The notes under the pieces were generated by a model, which saw nothing but the letters and a program-made list of their open reading frames with translations, ran no database searches and had not been told where the DNA came from. The position numbers and the translations under genes were made by a program. This document shows, piece after piece, positions 12,601 to 22,730 of a stretch of 64,000 nucleotides of DNA; within the stretch, counting starts at the first letter, position 1, and every line of letters begins with the position of its first letter. Origin of the DNA: Yuukianura sp. NJ FZ-2021. Its lineage: Eukaryota. Location: assembly GCA_046563655.1 (NCBI GenBank), contig CM102290.1, forward strand, positions 5,146,001 to 5,210,000, given 5' to 3'.

Positions 12601-15600
12601 TTAGCCTAAAAAGTTGGTTTTCTACACTCAGCGGGGTTTCTTTTACTTTGTAAAGAGCGGAAACAGAAATTGAATGTTGGCGGTTCATTTGAAAGTTGAT
12701 GACAAGTGCAATGACCCCTAAACAATTTATGTCTCAATCCAATTCAAAAGATTGGCTTTTCTAGGGGGAAAGATTTATGCACTTTTTTTTTTCAAAAAAG
12801 TAGTTTGAAAACAAATTCAGCAAGAAATAACAACAATTTCCTTTTTAGTTATTTTTCTAAATTGCCCAATTTCCAAACATTTTGAAAAGTATGTCTCAAA
12901 CGACAAGTTTTTGTATTTTCCAAATGTCCCGCTCAAAAATTTCAAAAAAATTCTTGGCGCCATTTCTTCTTTCTCCTTGTTCCAGGTTACTGTATTATTC
13001 ATTGTATTTTGAACGAGGCTTGGAGCAGGTGACACTGTCCAAATTGAAATTGAAGTTTTCTCTTTCTGAAACTAAAAAAAAGTTAGGTAACATAACCTAA
13101 AAGAAGTTTGGAAGAAGGTGAAAGGGACTTTTAGAGGAAAAGCATGACCAAATAGTTACTCCCTTCATCAAAAATTAATGACCACACCTAACCTTGCATT
13201 TGGCATTGGGCAGTTGGTGAAGGACTTTCCACAACTTCTTTTCTTGGCAAACGGACACACGGGAGAAGCCAAAGAAGCGATTGGCGTGAAAGGATTTTAA
13301 AAATTCATCAACCATAACCTAACAATTTTTTTGAGAAAGCAAAAAGAATTTGGCTGAAACTTTAAGATTTCAACTTGAAAAAAAAAAATCTTATTTTGTT
13401 TCATTTTTTGAAGAGTTTCATATCGTTGTTAAAAATTCAAATCCTTTTGCTAAAGATTCCAACTGGACAAAAAGTTCAAAGAGTTTCAAATTCTGCAAAA
13501 AAATTCTAAAAATCCTTTTGAAAATTTTGAGTGGAAAGGAAGAGTCTCTTTATTGGAATTTTTTGTTCTTGTTTTTAGATGAAAAGGGGGAGGTGGTGGG
13601 GGGCTTAGAAGCGGAAAACTCTGGCAGTCGGAATTTGTTTCCTGATGAAATTCTTGGAATGCGTCGTCCATCTTTTACGGAAATCAGTGCACCGCCCGGA
13701 GGATCCACTTTTAGGCCAAAGGTCAGGTCAACACTCACACTCAAATGTCACGTCGACGGACATCCACGACCCACTGTTGAATGGATCCGGTTCAAGGTAG
13801 GGCCAAACACTGATCAAACAAGTTTTTTCAAATTTTATAAAGTTTCAAAATCGAATTTCAAAAAAGGAAAATACTCAAGTACCGAAGGGAAAAGGAGAAA
13901 ATTTGGACTTGGTTGGAGTGGACTACGAGGACAGCGGAGTGTACGTCTGCGTTGCTTCTAATCCTTATGGCCAAATCAACGCTTCTTTCATTGTTGAAGT
14001 TATTGGTAAGCTAACCTAATGTAATTTCAAGATAGCCTAACGTAATATTAGCCTAACTAATCTAATAAAATTTTGAGCAAAAAAAAATTAAAGTTACAAA
14101 GAATGCCCAGCATCAGCATTTTGGGGTTTGACTTTTCAGCAGATTTCGTCAGAAAAAGTGAGTTGAGAGAAAGTTGTTGGTCGTTTGGGGTGAAAGTGGA
14201 GTCAAGTGTGTTGCTAAGTGGATTTGACATGGAAAGCAGTGACAAGTTGAAGTGTGACGTGCCTTTGTGCTTAATTCTGACAGATTCTGGGATGGAGGGA
14301 CCCTCCATAATCTCCCTGGACTCATCCAATGTCACAGCCACCAAGGGCCAACTAATCCACTTCCGATGTCTCATTAGCTCTGACACGCTTCCAAACGTCC
14401 AGTGGCTCAGACAGCTCGGAGATGAAGAGATCGATGCCAGCGGAGGACTACAGGTGAGTGAGCTGACCTGCAGGTCAAAGTGACCTTGACCTTGACCTTG
14501 CTTTTTGTTTTTAGATGGCTGGAGTTAGGTACAAAGTGCTTGGAGGCAGAAGCATCGTTTCAGCCTTCCACAACGGAACGTATGTGAGTGAGTTGAGTTT
14601 ACCTATGGAAGACAGAGCTACAGGAATTGTCTGTCTGGCAACAAATTCTGGTGGATTCAAATACGAAACGACGACTGTAACTTATGTTCAAAGTAAGTTC
14701 TCATTTCAAAACAGAAAAAAAAACAACTTTTTTGAGTTTCAGCCGGCCAGGCAGAAACTGGCCAAAATCCAGTTTTTTTAAAGCTTTTACCAGTCTGGCA
14801 GAAACTGGCCAAAATCCAGTTTTTTAAAGCTTACATCAGTCTGGTAGAAATTGGTCAAAATCTAGTTTTTTTAAGATTACACCAGTATGGCAGAAACTGG
14901 TCGATAGTCTTAATAGATTATTTGACCAGCAGAATGACCCTCTGATTGCATTCAGTTTTAGCCGGCCAGGCAGAAACTGGATAAAAATCGATTTTTGCAA
15001 TCCGTTGGTCATGCGGAAAATAGACTATAAACTCTGATTTTTTACATTTAACGAGCTGACTAAACCCGGTTTTCGTTAGTATTAGCCGGCCAGGTAGAAA
15101 CTGGACAAAAGTCTCATTTGTACTCAAACGTAGCTAAAAAGGTTCCGTTTTTTTTTCTTTTTCAGGTTTTTTTTTTGAAAAAGTAGACAATTGATGGTAA
15201 ATGAAAGAGATTGGTCCGGAACTTTCTCTTTGAGGGAGAAAGCCCTGGCCTCTTTGGGAGATGCGGAAGCGGGAGCTTTCCTTTTCTGCCAATTTGATTT
15301 GAAATCCTGGACATAATTTGATCCGTTCCCCCTTTTGAATCTTTTAATAGAAACCAACTTCCCTTCCTTTGAACATTTCCCCTGGCATCTCTCTCTCCAA
15401 AGATCCTCCAATTTAAAAGTGAAAAGACTTCGTCTAAACCTAGGCTAAACCTGGGCGTAAGGTTTACGTTAGGCGAAAGTTGGATTTTTAGGTTAGGCTA
15501 AGGCTAGGTTACTCTTTCCATGTTTTTTGGTAGTCGTCTGATGTTGTGTCGCAGGAGAAAGTCAGTTTTCTCCTCCTCTGGCTTTTATCACACCTTTCCA

Positions 15601-17173
15601 CGTATATTGACATTCTCTGGGCTCCTTTAATACCACACCATCCATCAAACTACGCACACGACACAAACTCTTGAAAAAAAACCAATTCACATTTCTCCTG
15701 AAATTTTATTTTTTCGAAATGTTTTGTAAAAAAAAACTCAGCAAACAACCAATAACGACTTAGGTTTAAAACTCATCAAATCCATTGGACATCGTATTAC
15801 TGATTACACTGGCGAACCGAAGTCAACCGCCTTCCTTCTACAACGAATTAGTATAGCTATCCAACGTGGGAATTCAGCCTCAATTCTCGGAACTATTACC
15901 CCCGGAAAAGAATTGGATGAAATTTATTACTTATAATACAGTTCTGTTGTGTTAAAAAATAAAAGAACCAATAACGACTTTCTCTATTTTGTCGGTGAAA
16001 AATTTTGCTCAGTGGCAAAAATCAAGCAAGGCAAAACAACAAAAAAATAAATAGTTTTTGGAGATATTTTTTGCCGTTTTTGCTGTGGTTTAGTTTGTTT
16101 TAACCAAGGTTCCTGGACAACCGACTTGAATTCCCTACAACAGGTTATTCAATACCTCGCGGTTTTCAAAAATCTTGCTTTGAACAACTTTTAGCACCAA
16201 TTTAGCTCCGATTGAGGCAAATCTGCTACTTTCAAATAAATTTTAAAACTTCCAGTTATTGAACAACCTGGTGTAGAAAAGTTTTTTTTTGTTGACGAAC
16301 CTTGGTTTTAACCTTCATGGACTCTGTTTCACTTGCAGATTCTGAAAGTGGAGATGCAGAAGGAGTGCTCCCAGTGGCCATGTTAATTGCAATTCCAGCC
16401 ACACTTCTCATCCTACTCTTTGCACTAGGAATCACTTTCTGCTGCTGCTGCAAGTCCCAGGGCAGAGGAGGCGTTACCACGGCAACAACATACGCCACAC
16501 CCAGAGACGCCACGACCAACGACTACCAGAGCCCCACCTCGGCAGTACCATTTTACAACCTCCGGCAGCATTCCTACCCCACGCAGTCGCAGTACTCGCC
16601 CCACTGTGGAGCAAGAGCAAGTTCGGGAAACCAGCATTTCGGGAGTCAGCAGTATTTTGTCGGAGGGAGTCGGCCGGACTCGGGCGGTTCGCCGGTAAAG
16701 TTTCCCGGTAATACCGGTACTGCTCATCACCATCACCAGCATCACTCTAGTCCAGCATATGCCAGTGTACCAATCTGTGACTTCCCGGGAAATCCAGCAG
16801 GGAGTAACCGCGGACCTCCCACTCTCCCTTCCCGGACGTTTCCCAACCAAAATCTGCGAGGAGCAGACTTGCGGAGTGGAGATCGAACCAGCTACAATAC
16901 TCAAGGTAAGGTGGTCGAGTCCCAGTTTGGAAAGAAAATTTTTTTAAACTTTTTTTGTGTTTAGGACTCATGACGCAGCCGCTGTTGACTCAAACAGGCT
17001 CCTCTTCGGACTCACGTGACTCTCGACATAGTGGCGGCGGAGTTGGGCATCGGAGTGACTTGACCTCAGGTCAGCGGCAGTCTGTGGATCATTGGTGCAT
17101 GAGTTCTGAAGGAAGTGAGGGCTCCTGGGATCCAAAAAATTCTAGAACCCATCACCATCAAATTCGAGTCTAA
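6610..17173 (+). CDS. FGFRL1: FGFR-like 1 / nou-darake-type kinase-less receptor, paralog A (signal peptide, 3 Ig domains, TM, His-containing tail), ~612 aa
   Basis: Phase-consistent GT-AG exons: 6610-6688 (MALALFVSSIIFISSLATTHS), 8694-8815 (GPPHV..VGETVRLDCPI..YEWKK), 9330-9486 (DGETITSAWDRFR..EDGGLYQCKGTNGFGS), 13579-13796, 13867-14005 (DSGVYVCVASNPYG), 14284-14453 (FRCLISSDTLPNVQWLR), 14515-14692, 16339-16905 (TM followed by CCCCK), 16965-17173 (ends THHHQIRV). Ig1 and Ig3 resemble FGFRL1; there is no kinase domain. The first exon is the least certain. Confidence 0.85.
9649..9718 (-). pseudogene. tRNA-derived relic / SINE-like head
   Basis: The minus strand shows an A-box TAGCTCAAGGGTTAGAGC, a B-box GGTTCGAGTC and a downstream T-run. 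The T-stem and anticodon loop are non-canonical. Confidence 0.6.
12189..12350. repeat. Degenerate ~40-45-bp tandem repeat, ~4 copies
   Basis: Recurring ATGGGTAATTGTT..TGACGTACT(A/T)TGTGAACAATT. Confidence 0.75.
14740..15110. repeat. Degenerate ~45-bp tandem repeat in an FGFRL1-A intron
   Basis: Recurring GG(C/T)AGAAACTGG(C/T)CAAAATCCAGTTTTTT, about 6 copies. Confidence 0.75.
15762..15965 (+). mobile_element. 5'-truncated non-LTR retrotransposon (CRE-like, RLE C-terminus)
   Basis: 15763-15936 translates GLKLIKSIGHRITDYTGEPKSTAFLLQRISIAIQRGNSASILGT..IYYL*. It has a short A-rich tail and a 15-bp TSD AACCAATAACGACTT at 15747-15761 and 15966-15980. Confidence 0.85.
16105..16304. mobile_element. 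MITE with CAAGG termini, same family as 22190-22410
   Basis: TIR CAAGGTTC/GAACCTTG and an inner IR CTACA(A/C)CAGGTT. Perfect 8-bp TSD GTTTTAAC at 16097-16104 and 16305-16312. Confidence 0.85.
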
Positions 17174-18726
17174 AAGTTAAAAAGTTCAAGAAAAGTTCTG
17201 GAATCTTGTTACATTTTGAAAATTTGTAAAACGCGGGCTCTCCAGGAACCAAAAATGTTTTGATTTGAACCAGAGTGGAAGTGAGAAAAACGGCTCCAGA
17301 ATTTTTTGAAAACTCCCTTAGTCGTCGTTGTTTGTTTCTCCCTTGTAAGTTTTTGGTGTTAGGATAGTACTTAAGCAAGGGCTTTACAAGGAGAAAACCA
17401 AAAAGAAAAAAAAACTCAGAGGAAAAGTCAGGCCCATAAATCAGACAAGGGGGAAAAGGCTTAAAGAAAAATAAAGCGACTGGAACAGAGGTGTGAAGAC
17501 TATAAATTAGTTAGCAGGGGCAAGGATATCCTTAACAATTGAGCTACAAATAATGTTAACCTAATGTTAGGTTAACATCCATCATCTACCCAATGATAAA
17601 TAAAAACAACTTTTTCCAAAAAAAAAGTTTTCAAAATTTTCATTTTTGGAAAACAAATACCAGACTTTGTACCAGGAAATACGAAAATGAAAAAGGGAAA
17701 ATGAAAGTGGCAAGTTTGGAAATTAGCGCGAAAGTTTTCAATGCTTAAGACTTTTTTTTCGATTTTTTTCTGGTGTGATTTCTAAAGATCGTTTTCTCTT
17801 ACTTTTATTTGTAGGAGAAAGTGTAATACACTTTGATCTTTGTCCAAAAGAAAAGTTTGAAAAAGTGGAAGAAAATGAAAGAATTTTGTGGTGGAGGCGA
17901 CTAATCCTTAGAAGTTTCGTTTTTCTAGAAAAAGCAACGGACGGAGACGAGGACACGGAATCATTAGTCACTTTCTGGTTGAATTGAACCAGGAATTAGT
18001 TGTACCCACCGCACAACTTTCTCCACCAGCCTACTTTCCCCTGCCACGTTCAGTGGCTCTTAATATGTCTTCCGCCTTGTCACCAACATCCGCAACGATC
18101 CAGAACTTTTTGGATCTCTTGCACCCATGCAACATGTGTCCATCACACGGACACGCACAAACACTCACATGTACAGAGCGGATCAACAAAAAGTCAAAAA
18201 CGAAAAACCGAATTCCAAAAAACATCATTCTTTGAAAGAAAAAAATGAATTTAAAAAAAAATCTTGGTTTGTCTCTCCCCCGGAACTTAATGAAAGTCGA
18301 TAAATAATAAAGTAGTTAAACAATATAAATTTTAATATAAATAAAAAATATTTTCAAGTAATTATTATAATTGAACCTGATTATTAATTAAACTGGTAGC
18401 CTAGCAACAGTATAAAAAGTGCATACAGCAATGTTGAAGAGCAAATTGTAAATTGCCCATTAAACTCAAAGGACAATTAAACTAATTAGTTGAATTAAAA
18501 TATATTTATAGAATTACTAATTACTTTAGTAATTAGTAATTACTTAACGTGTAATTACAAGTAAGTTGTAAAGCTTTTTTGTAGAAGTTTTAGGAACCAA
18601 CTTTAGGAACAAACTGTTGTCATTTGACTCAAATGTACAAAAAAAATGAGATTTTCATAGTTCGCCACCTCTCCAAAAGTTCGTGATATTTTTTTACCGT
18701 TTTGCCAACCCTCAAATCGACATTTC

Positions 18727-21700
18727 TTAAGCAATAGGAGCAACCGGTGTGAATTCCAAGTTGGTCGGAGTTCGTTTCGTTTTTGAAATTGGAATTCGGT
18801 GTAAACGAAGAGCGCAGACTCCATTGGCATCGTTCCCGCCAGAAATTTTCAAAAAGTAATTCGACCGGGATGAGGGAAAAGGAGCTCGGCAACCGGAAGA
18901 ACCGGAGTCGAAACACGAATCCGAATCGCTGACGGTACTCGAACCGTTGAGTGCCGTTCGTTCAGCCGTACGTCGCTGTCGGTATGTCCTTTTGCGACTT
19001 GGGGTTGTCATGACTCCGGCACTCCAATTCCCGGACCGAATGGAACTCGAACCGAACGAACCGGAACTCACTCCAGACGATCTCTGAAGAAATGGGTGGC
19101 AAACTTCGTTGTGGTGCGTGAGTGTCGTACTGACAGTTTCACCTGGAGACTTCGTCGGTACCGCCACTCTGAAACTGGAACCGATCGGGTTCGGACGGGT
19201 CCGGAATACCGGTATAATTTTTTTTCGGTTCTGCCGGCATTTGTAGAGACGCGAAAAACAAATGATGGTAAGAATTGCAAGAAATAGGAAACAAAAGGTC
19301 CAGAGAAGCGTCCATTGGACTTGAGCAGTTTTTCTTCGCATTTCCTGTGTTTGTGTGATATCTAAAATTAAAATTCAAAATTTAAAATTTTGAACAAGTT
19401 AGAAAAAAAATTTTTTGAGTGATACCAAACGACACGAAAACTTGGGCTTCCAGGAAACTGAAATCTCCTGTTCGTGTGGGACCGGCTAAAACACAGACGT
19501 AAGTTCCCGCCGTGGCTCTCGTGACATTGCGCAGAACGAGCGTAGTTGAATAAGTGTTGGATGACTTTTGAATGACTTCTGGACGATCCACTATCTTTGC
19601 AAAGTGTAAAAAAAAACAAATTAGTTTTACACGTAATTTATCGTTCCTGGCATGTACAGTGTCTCTCAAAAGTATGTTTAACAAAACTTTCTCTTTTTCG
19701 AAAATTCACTCGTAGGAAAATTTTTAGAAAATGTTTCTCAATTTATTGAAACCATAGAAGCGGATGTTTCAAATTTTTCATGAATTTGCTTTTTCAATTT
19801 TTTTCTTTTAAATTCTGAATTTTTTTTTTTTATAAAAAGTGAACAATAACTTTTGAGCCATGTTGTACAAAAAGTGGAGAGGTAAGAACTTTTACTTTCT
19901 CCCTCTTTTCTCCATCCATCAAAAGTGAAAGTGACGTGGCAGAAAAGCGTCTACATTTTTTTTCGAGCAGCTTTTAACTTACCTGCAAGAGATTTCCTTC
20001 ATGGACAAATAGGTTTTCGGCGGCTCCTGGTGGGTTTGAATTTGAATTTGGTTGGTGGGGCGGTGGTGGGGCTGGTGGGGCCAACAGACGTTTGACCCAA
20101 AACAGCAGTGGTTTGCTATAAGATTCTTCCAGATAGACCAAGCAGTTGATTGACCCACTTTGACCTGGAACGAGGGTCAAGTTGGTGGGACTGATGCTTA
20201 ATAATTCTGCTGCTCCACCGTAGACGTCGTCCCCACCTTAAGAAAAATTACATCCAATTCAATTACTTTGCTTATTCTTTGCCCCCTCCCTCCCCCCTCT
20301 TCGACCCCCCCCCCCTACTAGAAATCCTTCTTTGTCAAACAACTGAAAGTGAAGTGACGTTTCGTTGTTGCCCAAACTGCATCAAAAACTTTGGCGGGAA
20401 GGTTCAAATCCCAGCGGCATTTTCCCTGCTCACTTTCATTACTAATTCACCCTCTCCACTTTCACTTATTCCCCATCACTCTCTCTACTTCATCCTCTTA
20501 TGCATTCATTAATAAATGAGAAACACTCAAGACAAACAATGGAATCAACCAAAAACATCCATTTTCAAAAAAAAAACGAAAAAAAAAGTTTTCCCGTGCA
20601 AGGCAATTGCAGGCCGAAAGGTGTATTGAAGAAAGAAATGATCTAATCTGTTTAAATTTCTGCACAAAATAAGTTCAAAAATTTCAAATTTTGGCAAATG
20701 GTTTTAAGCTGAGCCCAAAAAAAAAACGCAAGATTCTGATAAAACGTTAAATTATAGTTCAACTTTTGTCTTTAGACAAAAAATTTCTACGATTATGAAA
20801 TTTTCTTTTATTTTCAAAATGTACACAAGGTTTGTCCAAAATTTTGCTTACCAGTGACCTTGACACGGAGTTCGTAAGAGGCTTTGCCATGTTCATTTTG
20901 AGCCTGGCATGTGTAGGTTGCAGCGTCTTTGGCAGTGACATTGGTGAGTCTGAGCTGAGACACATTGTCACTGGACTCGAGCAAACACAGATTATTCTAC
21001 ATGTGTAAAAACCAAAAATCATTCACACTGTGTAAAAAAACAGATCATTTCTACATGTGTAAAATTGAAGAAATATTGAAACAAGAATCTCAAGTGGAAC
21101 GCTGTTCTTTCCTAGTCGATAAGATAGAGACAAGAGTACACAAAACCTTAATCCACAAACGGATCAAGGGTCCATGTCAAGTTCAAATTCAGAACAAGAA
21201 GTACCTTGAGCCAGGTGACCCTTGGCAGGGGGAGGCCCTTAGCTTCACAGTGCAGAAACAGATTCTGGCCCCTTGACACTGTCACGGACTCTTCTGACGG
21301 TAGAGATTCTGTCAGGATTTGCGGTTTGGACCATTCCGTCGGTCCGGTTCGTCTAATCAAATTAGTTTCAGAGGGCTCGTCACCTTAATTAACAAAAAAA
21401 AAGTCAGCATTAAGAGAAATTAGCAGACCTGCCAAAAATATGTACTAAAAACCAGCGTAAATAAATAAATATTTAGTAGTAAAAAGACCCGAAATACTGA
21501 TTTTGTTACTATTGCAGGCACGGGAAATAAATATTTTTAGCAGGTCTGTTAACTAAATATAATTAACAGGGTTGTCAAAAATATGTGCTAGAAACCCCGG
21601 AAATATTGAAAAAAAAATTCTTTAAATCGCCCAAAAATTTACTATTTAGCATTAATGGCAGAGGCAAATAAATAAATATTTGGTGACAAAAAACACACAC

Positions 21701-22730
21701 ATTTTTTTTCTTAACAATATGGCATTGGAGACTAAATATTTTTGACATCCCTGATAATTAAGAAAAATAATCGGAGTCAGCGGTTTTCAAACCGGTAAAA
21801 GTTCGGATTGAGATCGAAAGCTCTTGGGACATTTTACGGAACAGTTTTAGTGTAAAGAGGCGTCAAGTGGCCACTTAACACCTCTGGAGAGAAAATGGGC
21901 TATTTTGGGACAGACTTTAACTTTGCAAAAAACGCGCATTTTTTTGCACTTTTTTCTGCAACTCGTGCAAAAAAGAAATTTTACCTTCCACTACAATGTT
22001 GAACTTGGCTTGAGTGGATCCAAATCCATTCACACCGCGACACTCATACGCTCCAGCGTCTTCCGGTTTCAAAGATCGGATTTGAAGATGTGAATTACTT
22101 GGACTTAGGAAGTCAAACCGTTCCCATGTTGAAATTGTTTCAGTGTTCTGAAAAAAATTGTTTTCAATTTTTTGAAATTTTATGTTTTCCAAGGTGCCTA
22201 GACAACCAAATTTCCTACACCAGGTTGTCCAGTAACTCAGGGTTTTCAAAAATCCTGGTTCAAACAACTTTTAGCACCAGTCCTATCTACATTACATGCA
22301 AAAAAAATACCATAAAAAGGCAGATTTCCTACTTTCAAACAAATTTTAAAACTTCGAGTTATTGGACAACCTGGTGTAGAAAAGAGTTTTTTTTTTGTTT
22401 ACCAATCTTGATGTTTACCTTTGTCCAATGGAAAATACAGGATGGTTCACAATTAATAGGGCATGTGAGGACAATATTAGTTCTGGGCCTGGCAACAACA
22501 CGCCTCTCATCTGAAAATGTCGCCACAGGAGGATCTGCCAAAAATATTTATATTAAATATAATAAATTATATGTTAGGTTTAAATTATTACATAATATAT
22601 TAATATTTATATTTTGTGTTTTACTTTGAGTACTGTTCACTATGTGATAAGTTTCAATTCTTCTGGCTGCTCCACATTTATGAAATTGCACAACCGTCAG
22701 AATAATTCCAACAGTCAGCAATCGGAGCAT
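18727..22730 (-). CDS. FGFR-like 1 / nou-darake-type kinase-less receptor, paralog B (signal peptide, 3 Ig domains, TM, Ser-rich tail), ~588 aa
   Basis: Minus-strand exons: 22730-22625 (signal peptide), 22534-22419 (IVLTCPINC..FHWTK), 22147-21985 (TISTWERF..EDAGAYECRGVNGFGS), 21383-21205 (LHCEAKGLPLPRVTWLK), 20996-20852 (DAATYTCQAQNEHG), 20236-19983, 19594-19426 (TAGTYVCVLAG), 19361-18727 (TM LLWTFCFLFLAILTIICF plus tail). Splice phases are consistent throughout. Confidence 0.8.
21424..21548. mobile_element. hAT-like MITE (older copy)
   Basis: TIR CAGACCTGC(C/T)AAAAATAT matches 17/18. No intact TSD. Related to the adjacent 21567-21753 element. Confidence 0.65.
21567..21753. mobile_element. 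hAT-like MITE
   Basis: TIR CAGGG(T/A)TGTCAAAAATAT matches 17/18. Perfect 8-bp TSD ATAATTAA at 21559-21566 and 21754-21761. Confidence 0.88.
22190..22410. mobile_element. MITE, second copy of the 16105-16304 family
   Basis: Colinear similarity to 16105-16304. Inner IR CTACACCAGGTTGTCCA(G/A)TAACTC matches 23/24. TSD ATGTTTTC / ATGTTTAC matches 7/8. Confidence 0.8.

Noticed and set aside
9986..13100. ORFs inside the large FGFRL1-A intron, including the 164-aa ORF at 11214-11708
   Set aside because: Low-complexity F/K-rich translations with no recognisable motif.
19418..19425. Donor GTATCACT as a possible U12-type intron
   Set aside because: It does not match GTATCCTT and I saw no TCCTTAAC branch site, so I treated it as U2-type.
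20330..20500. Ig-like-looking minus-strand stretch (GEGELVMKVSRENAAGI) as an extra FGFRL1-B exon
   Set aside because: It has in-frame stops. The true Ig2 second half is 20996-20852, which has correct phases.
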